A DNA stretch of 64,000 nucleotides from Nemertoderma westbladi (lineage: Eukaryota > Animalia > Xenacoelomorpha), in contig JAUCBJ010006059.1 of NCBI GenBank assembly GCA_032718475.1, positions 17,727-81,726 of the forward strand, written 5' to 3'. The notes beneath the pieces were generated by a model. The model was given only the letters and a program-made list of their open reading frames with translations. It made no database searches and was not told the origin of the DNA. This document shows, one piece after another, positions 54,701 through 64,000 of this stretch; position 1 is the stretch's first letter, and the number at the start of each line of letters is the position of its first letter. The translations under genes and the position numbers were made by a program.

Positions 54701-55816
54701 GAGAGGAGCCTTCGGGTTGCCTCCGGTAGAGAGGCGCCTTTGGGTTGCCTCCGGTAGAGAGGAGCCTTTGGGTTGCCTCCGGTAGAGAGGAGCCTTTGGG
54801 TTGCCTCCGGTAGAGAGGAGCCTTCGGGTTGCCTCTGGTAGAGAGGAGCCTTTGGGTTGCCTCTGGTAGAGAGGAGCCTTCGGTTTGGTTCTACTAGAGA
54901 GGAGCCTTTGGGTTGCCTCTGGTAGAGAGGAGCCTTTGGGTTGCGTCTGGTAGAGAGGACCCTTTGGGTTGCTCTGGACGAGAGGAGCCTTTGGGTTGCC
55001 TCAGGTAGAGAGGAGCCTTCGGGTTGCCTCCGGTAGAGAGGCGCCTTTGGGTTGCCTCCGGTAGAGAGGAGCCTTTGGGTTGCCTCAGGTAGAGAGGAGC
55101 CTTCGGGTTGCCTCCGGTAGAGAGGCGCCTTTGGGTTGCCTCCGGTAGAGAGGAGCCTTTGGGTTGCCTCCGGTAGAGAGGAGCCTTTGGGTTGCCTCCG
55201 GTAGAGAGGAGCCTTCGGGTTGCCTCTGGTAGAGAGGAGCCTTTGGGTTGCCTCTGGTAGAGAGGAGCCTTCGGTTTGGTTCTACTAGAGAGGAGCCTTT
55301 GGGTTGCCTCTGGTAGAGAGGAGCCTTTGGGTTGCGTCTGGTAGAGAGGACCCTTTGGGTTGCTCTGGACGAGAGGAGCCTTTGGGTTGCCTCAGGTAGA
55401 GAGGAGCCTTCGGGTTGCCTCCGGTAGAGAGGCGCCTTTGGGTTGCCTCCGGTAGAGAGGAGCCTTTGGGTTGCCTCCGGTAGAGAGGAGCCTTTGGGTT
55501 GCCTCAGGTAGAGAGGAGCCTTCGGTTTGGTTCTACTAGAGAGGAGCCTTTGGGTTGCCTCTGGTAGAGAGGCGCCTTTGGGTTGCCTCCGGTAGAGAGG
55601 AGCCTTTGGGTTGCCTCCGGTAGAGAGGAGCCTTCGGGTTGCCTCTGGTAGAGAGGAGCCTTTGGGTTGCCTCTGGTAGAGAGGAGCCTTCGGGTTGCCT
55701 CCGGTAGAGAGGAGCCTTTGGGTTGCCTCTGGTAGAGAGGAGCCTTTGGGTTGCCTCTGGACGAGAGGAGCCTTTGGGTTGCCCCTGGACGAGAGGAGCC
55801 TTCGGGTTGCCTCCGG
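51768..55816. repeat. 29-bp minisatellite, 4 kb
   Basis: Unit AGAGAGGAGCCTT(C/T)GGGTTGCCTC(T/C/A)GGT, about 140 copies. Confidence 0.97.
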
Positions 55817-58385
55817 TACTTTACCGGTTCACCCTCTGATACTAATTTGCCCCCCCCCCCCCCCCCCCCCCCCTTAATAAAAAAAAATGCTTGAAAAAAA
55901 CAATTCTGGCAACAATGATGTGGCAGTGTGGGGTCTGGACCGGTTGTCTGTCTCAATGTTTAAACGTCACTGTTTCAACACTGTCGCGGTCGAATTTGAT
56001 GAAATTTCGTATGCGTGAAGAAGTAAACGAAAGGTTTAGGTAGTCAGTATGTGTTTGCCCTTATAATAATCAGCTTTAGGGATGGTGGTCATTTGCCTCG
56101 CTTTCACTTAGTTTTGCTGCCAAACACTTGCTCCAACCTTTATTTTTATTTTTGCTACCCCGACAAATGTTCTGACATCCCCCTATCATTGTTGTTTTAA
56201 AGACCTACGTAAACCTGCCTACATTGCTACATTCACCATACACGTGCAGTGCACTTACGACGTGTTGGCTACACCAGTGTTAGAACAGTTAGCCCCACCC
56301 CCCCCCCCCCCCCACCCCCTCCGGACAGTCTAGCATAGGCTACTGTCAACTCTCCCATAACCGTCTATACCAAGACAAACTTACATGACGTAGCCTCCAT
56401 GTAAGCTATACCTCTACGCAAAAGATATACCCGACTGGAATTTGTTAGACTGTGTGTTCTGGTGGTGGTCGGGTTAGCCGGTAGGCTACCTAACACTATA
56501 ACATAACTAACTAATAATGGCGCTATGATGAGTAGAGTCTACCAGTATAGGGGCGGGCCGCTAAACCGTGCCATATAATTAAATGCTGAGCGTAGAAAAG
56601 CGTTGGGTCATTCTCAACAAAAGTGGCCAAAACCGACTTAGAAATTGTCCGGAACGTAATTTCTGTTTAGATTGGTGAATTTTTAAACGGTAAAATGTTT
56701 TATATATGAAACTAGGCCTGAAAATTCTGCTCATCATGTTTTCAGGGTTGAAAAATCCCTGCATATTACCATATTTCTCTGTCAAACGCTAAAAAATAGC
56801 ATTTTTAACACTTGTTTAAAGAATTTGCATAACATTTAGAGAGCAGTAGAATGACCCCATTATGGTCCTTGGTGTACAAACTATATATCATTCGGAAGCT
56901 TGAAAAATTTCCTACATTCTCAGATCAGTTTTTGGAGGATACAAATACTTCCGTTCCAGTAACAGCATAAAATATTATTAAATTTCAATATGACCCCTGT
57001 AATGTCCCAAATGTTCAATAGAGGTTCGAAAGAAGCTATAAGAAGTTATCAGTCGGTATGATGATGCGCAAATCCAGCCTCAATTATTACAGAACACAAT
57101 AAAAAAAACCTTATTGAAAACGATCCAGTAGTTGCCGAGATTTTAACATCTATATGTGACAAACCCGGTATGTTCAAGATGTTTTGTCCCATGTTTTCCA
57201 TTACTAATTCTGCATATAAATTTGCATGTAACATTTTGAATTAACAAAGTAAAGTTATTATAGCAGATTAAAACATGGGCAATACAGCCATTGTTACTTC
57301 CAACTTCAATATTAAAGTGTGCTCCCTACACATTCAATATCAAGATCAATTTGTCCCTCCATGTAATGGCCCTGTAATTGTCCCACAAATTACGTGTGCG
57401 AGATGCCATTACAGTGAGGGACTGTCCCTTCTCTGTAATGGCAAATTTAGTATTGATTCTATGGCACACTAATTGGTGGGAAATTTGAAAAGCATCTGTA
57501 TTTGGTCATTTAATTTCAGGACTTAACTTTTCTGTTTTAATTAACTTACACCGTACCATTCTACTAACATAGACTAATTTTGGTCCGTTAAATTTACAAA
57601 ATGGAAACACGAAACCATGCCTTCCACCATGCGAACTATTATGTACGAAGCATTCAAGTGCAGTGAAAGACTTCGCGATTTTAGATTTTACAGGGTTTGA
57701 TATGTCGGATGCTGAACTTTACCCCTCAATTGATTCTCTCCAATTTTTGTCTGAATGAAAACTTTATATAATTTCGAAGTTTATTGAATTTCGAATTCAC
57801 TCTGTCCGAACTAATTTTGTTTCTAGGCTATTGTAGCAACTTACGAATAGTTTGGAATTGTCTGATTTTGGTTTCTTTTCTGTGGTCGATTATATTAATT
57901 TTTAAAAATAATACACAATTTTGACAAAACTTATCTTTCTCGGAAAACTTACTAAAAAGTTATGTATGGAAAATTAACTAAATACATACGTACATGACTA
58001 TTATATTGTTACAATTTGTGGGGACATCGCATTACACGGTAGGCCTACCAATAGAGATATATGAATATATTGTTACAGGGCTGGGACATCGCATTACAGG
58101 GGCAATTTACAGCCTAAAAATTCGTATTACATGGAGGGACAAACCATTACAGGCGGGACACATACTTTACCTTGATTATTTCTTTAAGATTTTATCTAAC
58201 ATCTCGGAGATTGTCACCATTGAATTGTCCTTAAAAAATGCTTTCAGAATATATATAGTTTTGTATGGTTTCAATGGAGTTGAAATTTCAGGAATATTTC
58301 AGTTCTATTTGGCCACTTTCGGTGAGAATCACCCTAATAAATAATCAATATTATATTATTATTAGGTTAATTGGTTTATGCTAAC

Positions 58386-58528
58386 CTGTTCGTCACCATC
58401 TCCTCTGAATGTTATTCTCTGGCCGTGCTTCATTCCAGGGTCCACATGCACCTCTAATATCTTCGTCTCCTTTGTTATCTTACTACCTGAACATGTTCTG
58501 CATTTATCCTTTTCACTTATTGATTCAC
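58386..58528 (-). CDS. DNAJA2: DNAJA-type Hsp40 internal exon (end of zinc finger, CTD I)
   Basis: CAG acceptor; ESISEKDKCRTCSGSKITKETKILEVHVDPGMKHGQRITFRGDGDEQ; donor CAG|GTTAG; phase matches the upstream exon. Confidence 0.92.
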
Positions 58529-58747
58529 CTGAGAGAAATATTAAAATATATGACTACATACCGTAATTGAAGAGGATGAAAGGTCGTACATAAATATTAC
58601 AGATAGATATACCTTACGTCACAATCACAATTTACCTTATCTTGGGGAAATTTTACGGGAAATAAAAAACGTGCAAAGAGTGTACTCGCCACACTTGATA
58701 AGGCACCATCCCGCTTTAGGTGTACTAGCATTTATAGATTATGGACA

Positions 58748-59420
58748 TGTGGGGCGAGCCACGAAAGTAAGCGAGCTTAGCATACGGGTACCTCACTAAC
58801 TCAATCGGTGTGTCGGTTATTCTGTTGTTTTGTTATGTCAATAATAACTCAGCCAAATCGTAATGAAATCTATCCAAACTTGGTACACATGTTGTTTGGC
58901 AAAAGTTTAGAAATTTTCAAAGTTGTGTGGCCTTCGAGAATGTAAGATAAATTCAGTTAATTAATTAATGATTAATTCATTAATGTTGGTTAGGGTATAA
59001 ACAGCATTTTCAACATGACTTTTAATGGAAATTAATTATTTTATAGTATAAGATATAAATTACTTAAAATTATACAGCTGTAATCCCCATACCACATTCC
59101 ATTATAGTTTTTAATTAGTTCAAGTGATTTGCTCAATAAATGTGTTTTTAATTGATCTAAACGTAATTAAGTTATCAAAATGCATCCCGTCACTCTATAC
59201 TTCCACCTCCATCATTCCTTGGCATGCTTGCTATTGCCTAGCCTAGCTGCTGGCGCGGGGAACCAGTCCAACCACCTCAGCACTAATCGGCAATGGGTAA
59301 TCATAATTAATAGGACATAGGCACTAGTGTAAGGCGCCTGACTAATAAGTCAGCTTGCTTATTATTTATCTCGCAAAATGATCTAGTGCGTGACATACTT
59401 TATGAACGCCCCCTAAGTGT
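58748..59420 (+). mobile_element. Diverged HINE-like element in a DNAJA intron
   Basis: Starts TGTGGGGCGAGCCACGAAAG; the right end is inferred from weak similarity only. Confidence 0.5.
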
Positions 59421-59733
59421 AGGTGTAAGTACGCGAAGATTTAACTTATCGCTATTTATTATTGGATCTGATTTAATTGTTATAATATTTTTCACCTACT
59501 AATTGAGTTGTTGCATTGTTTAGTTTTGAACCACTCAAATTTTATTGGGGCTACGTGATGATATTTTCCAAAAGAAACAGCCTAGACCTTGTTTCTCGGG
59601 AATTTAAACCCAAAGCAGTTAAATTCTAATTTTTCGATGTTTTAGTTAAGCACGTATTTATGTAACTTTATTACCGGTACCTCGGTCAATATGTACGAAA
59701 GCTGAATAACAAACGCTGTAAATAATAATCTAC

Positions 59734-59951
59734 CTTGACCACCACAATCGTTACATGCGTGTTGAATCTGTTGCACCATTCCTGGCCCGAGTTGTCTCAT
59801 AGTTACTTTAATACCGCGTCCGTCGCACGATCTGCACTGCCTCCGACTGGTACCTGGTTTACAGCCCTCACCGTTGCACGCCCGGCATATTGTGTTTCTA
59901 CTCAATTGTAGTTTGGTTGTTTTACCCTGATAGAGATCCTCCAGAGACACC
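59734..59951 (-). CDS. DNAJA2: DNAJA-type Hsp40 internal exon (zinc finger)
   Basis: VSLEDLYQGKTTKLQLSRNTICRACNGEG..CRSCDGRG..QLGPGMVQQIQHACNDCGGQG; AG/GT boundaries. Confidence 0.95.
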
Positions 59952-60082
59952 CTGAACAAAATAAATAATCAATAAATTAAATAATCAATAAGAGCATCTC
60001 AGATAGAGCGAACGTGGTCGGAGAGCGACGAGGTGCTGAGAGATACTTGTTGCGTTACTTTTTTGGGTGGATTAATTTAGAC

Positions 60083-61304
60083 CTGGGGTGATATGCACAA
60101 ATTTAGAATAGAATGAGTTTAATTAGTTCACTAATTAGTGTAGACTCAGTCTAGAGTTAGATCAGTCTAATTTCTATATGCACCAACATTTTTGCTATTC
60201 GTGGTTTTAGTTGAATAAATACCTTCAAAAAATGACTAAAATATTAACAGGATGTTGATACTATGTGTGGCAGACGGTAGTTTTGAAAACATTCTAAAAT
60301 TCTGGCGCTATTTATGCCCCTTTATCTTTCATAATTTGATCAAATTTTGAATTAAAAAATATCATATTCCAATCATATTTCAAAATTTGTTTTTTTAAGC
60401 TTAAGCAGAATTTTCTGGGCATTCGATTTCAGTTGTGTATTTTAATTATTAAAGGATAGAGGTAGAGGTTTCCTAAGAGCTTTCCTCTATCGATTCTTGT
60501 AGTTTTTGTTCCAAAATGTATGAACCGCACAGAGATATAATCTCACGGCATAAACTAAACGTTCTGTGAAATTTCACAGAATAACCTAAACGTGCTGTGA
60601 AATTTTACGGCATAAACTATACTGCCGAGAATTGAGGATATTTTTTTATTAACGTGTCCGTTGTGGGCCACCGTAATAAACAGCCTGTTACTTTATAATT
60701 CTTATATTTTGAGCACTATAAGTTCAATAAACTTTGAGATTTTGAGTGATAAAGGTACCAAATTAACTTTGTTCCTAACAGCAGCCATTAAATGATTATG
60801 CCCGATATTCGATATAGTGGGGGTAGCGAGCTGTTCCCATGACCGTAATGGGAAATAGTTTCTACGTGAAATCGAAAGTTAATTGCGTGTTAGAAAGATA
60901 TTCTAAGCATTTTTACAAATATAAAATATTCTTTGACACGCTCGGCTCACCCATAATAATATATTGCACTAATATCAAACTTTTACAAAGTTATTTTGCT
61001 AAGTTTTATGTACGACTTACCGCTTACGGCAGTACATGTATAATAATGTATATAATCTCCACTCGTTACTCAATCTTATTAACAACAGAATAGAATAGCA
61101 AATCTGCTGATTGTTTGGCTCGTAACTATTGGAAACATATCAGCAGCTGAGCAGAAACTAGAAAATTAGACACCTATTAATTAGCTGTCTAATATTTCTA
61201 TTCTAAAGTTGGTGCATAATGATTAGACTGAGCTGGTTCTAATTAGAACAGGTTACCTAGTTCAGACTAATTAAATCGCTTGGTGCATCTGCATACCACC
61301 CCTG
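60083..61304. mobile_element. Probable MITE with diverged ~100-bp TIRs
   Basis: GGGGTGATATGCA..CAGTCTAAT..TATGCACCAAC versus GTTGGTGCATA..ATTAGACTG..TGCATACCACCCC. Confidence 0.45.
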
Positions 61305-61394
61305 ATAATTGTATACCTGCATTGCATACCATTGCATACATAATATATTAAAACAATATATGTACAAAGTATCTTCCATTGTGACTCACCTTAA

Positions 61395-62037
61395 GGGGGG
61401 GGGGGGGGGGGGGGGGTAGAACCCCCATGAACCTTTTTTTAATTAATTTAATTGATTAATTTTCATATTTTTAATTAGATATGGCTAATTAGGAAAAATG
61501 TTAATATTTATCAAAATTCCATAAGATAATTTTTAAAGAGCTTCCAAAGCTCGTTCGAATGAGCCATAAACGAAGAAAATTGGTTGAAAAATGACGGAGG
61601 AGTAGTAGTTTGAAAATGAAAAATGTCATTCCGAGAAAATGCCCTTCAAAGTTTAAACCGTCCCGCCAAAATTGGCTGTCTGTGTTCTGGTTGGTTAATT
61701 ATTTCTGGCATGAAGGATGCACACCAACGAGCTAAAATGTTCATTACTGGGGTTTTTGGGGTCGCTGATTTCATTTCCGATGTCAGTTTTAATTTTTGGT
61801 GGAATCTAGTCTATCTGTCTGTCGGTCTTCTGTCTTTCTTACAATTTGACGGACAGACCGTCATACAGAAAAACAGTGATAACTCGAGAACTGAAAGAGG
61901 TCTCACTAAGCGGTTTTCAGATTTGTAATCCTCATTAAATTCTGTTCTAGGTGAAATAAAGAAACAATAATTTGAAAATATTACCTGAGGGGGGGGGGGG
62001 GGGGGGGGAGGGGGGTACACCCCCCCCCCCCCCCCCC
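61395..62037. mobile_element. Non-autonomous TTAA-targeting DNA transposon (Kolobok-like)
   Basis: TTAA duplicated at 61391-61394 and 62038-62041; poly-G / poly-C termini (purine start, unlike piggyBac CCY); removing it restores one 38-bp repeat unit. Confidence 0.75.
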
Positions 62038-62041
62038 TTAA

Positions 62042-62590
62042 TGAATGCAATGTATCTTCCATATTGAGACTCACCTTAATGGATTCGATGTATCTCCAAT
62101 ATTGGGACTCACCTTAATGGATTCGATGTATCTTCCATATTGGGACTCACCTTAATGGATGCAATGCATCTTCCATATTGGGACTCACCTTAATGGATGC
62201 AGTGTATCTTCCATATTGGGACTCACCTTAAGGGGTGCAATTTATCTTCCATATTGGGACTCACCTTAATGAATGCAATTTATCTTCCATATTGGGACTC
62301 ACCTTAATGGATGCAATGCATCTTCCATATTGGGACTCACCTTAATGGATTCGATGTATCTTCCATATTGGGACTCACCTTAATGGATGCAATTTATCTT
62401 CCATATTGGGACTCACCTTAATGGATGCAATTTATCTTACATATTGGGACTCACCTTAATGGATGCAATTTATCTTCCATATTGGGACCTTAATGGATGC
62501 AATTTATCTTCCATATTGGGACTCACCTTAATGAATGCAATTTATCTTCCATATTGGGACTCACCTTAAATGATGCATTGTATCTTCCCC
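62042..62590 (-). repeat. 38-bp minisatellite made of the DNAJA exon/intron junction
   Basis: Minus-strand unit GAAGATACATTGCATCCATTAAG|GTGAGTCCCAATATG; one further copy at 61369-61394. Confidence 0.95.
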
Positions 62591-62691
62591 CTTTCGTCTT
62601 CTACTTGGGCCGCCACCAAAAGGGAATCCAAATAAACCGCCACCTAATCCACCGTGCCCGCCAAATAAACCACCTAAAACGTCTTCAAACC
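62565..62691 (-). CDS. DNAJA2: DNAJA-type Hsp40 internal exon (G/F-rich region)
   Basis: TTTCAG acceptor; FEDVLGGLFGGHGG..PSRRRKGEDTMHHL; AG|GTGAGT joins the next exon to give RVSLEDLY. The J-domain exons presumably lie beyond 64000. Confidence 0.92.
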
Positions 62692-64000
62692 CTGAAACAG
62701 GATTCAGAAATAAAATTAAATAAGAATTCCACTTCTAGAAAATGCCTCCCCAATCGACATGCTGCAACACATTAAGAATAATATTGCGGCATATCAACGA
62801 AAATGCAAAGACACAATTACAATTCCCTCGTGTAATCTATGACTCTCTATGTAACACTTGAACCTACTCCTTTATCTTAACTAATTCAAAATTAAAGCCA
62901 AGCGAGACGAGAAATTTATTTGCCGAGATGAGTTTTGCACCAATAGCCACCCCCCCTCGCATTATCAAGTTTGAAACGTACAACTTTTACTTAACTTATA
63001 GGCTACACAATGACCGGTGATATATATAGGGTCATATTCCGATGACAGGGACCCCCCTAAAGTTTATCAAGTGCGACGAAGTTCGGTATAAAGATAGTTT
63101 CAATTTTGTACAAACGTACCGGTAGCTACAACATGCCGATGAAAAATGACCGTTTAGCAATATTGAACTATCTCTGTTGGCTTTAGGCTTTAGAATGTAA
63201 TATCTGCAGATTCTGAATCTGAAAACCGCTTTAATTTTCACTCAAAATTGGCACAGATATTATTTTATTGCATCCCCCCCCCCCCCCCCCCCCCCACGTT
63301 GTAACTTTTATTGCAGCACCCCGGTTTAGCTACAATTATCAAAATACTACGTTGGAAATTTTGAGACATAAATCGATTTAATTATAATGTTTTTTGTCTT
63401 TATTCTAGAATATTAATTATTCTTTAGCTGAACGTTTAAAACACCGAACATGTTTCTTCATTACGCGTTATTAATATTCTAGAATTGAGTAAAAAATAAA
63501 TAGAATTACAGCGATTTACGTGTCAAAATGTTATTGCTGAAATTGAACGCTTTTCTTTTTTGGACGCTTTTCAGATTCGAAGCGAAAAATAAAGCCGACT
63601 GAAGTTGGTTAATATTGCCAAATAGAGATTTTTAACGTCCTGTTGTATCAAAATCAATATAATATATTCTTATAGCACAAATCACTATCCCACCACCACG
63701 TACGCCATGTTATTTAGTCCACAAACAAATTTAAATAAAGCTCCTAGAATCGCATTGTTCCTAACCTAACCTAATCCGCCTACCAAACCCAGGCTGCATC
63801 CTCAAGTCTAAGCTAACGGGCCAAGACCATCTTCAACCCCTGAGACACAGACCTAAACTACCCGCAATAGAGTTATTGATTGACAAACGAGCCCTGATCC
63901 ATCCAAGAACGATTACAGGGGGTTTTTCTCGCTCCACCCTTCCTTGGAAGCAAAGTGTTACGCCAGATGATGGATAAAGTGGCTCTTGACTCCCTTCGCG

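Noticed and set aside
55504-55956. 150-aa ORF as the DNAJA continuation
   Set aside because: It runs through poly-G and satellite units with no Hsp40 motifs.

Overview
AT-rich, repeat-dense eukaryotic (invertebrate animal) genomic DNA, not prokaryotic. Five host genes are recognisable: a 4-exon KChIP/neuronal calcium sensor gene (+, 12673-38801), three intronless genes (creatine kinase +, METAP2 -, UTP11 +), and three internal exons of a DNAJA-type Hsp40 (-). I could not find the 3' exons of the DNAJA gene in the window. The rest is a Sola1-like DNA transposon, a non-autonomous LTR element, RTE-like LINE copies, Helentron/HINE-like elements, tRNA-derived SINEs, MITEs and six minisatellite arrays. 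The most unusual signals are: (1) two independent minisatellites built from exon/intron junctions, so that the 5' splice site is amplified about 29x (in frame and stop-free) in KChIP and about 14x in DNAJA; (2) an LTR element with a 26-nt sequence complementary to its own LTR where a tRNA primer-binding site is expected, suggesting self-priming or autointegration; (3) the intronless gene cluster next to an apparently unfinished DNAJA gene. All coordinates were read by eye and no database searches were run.
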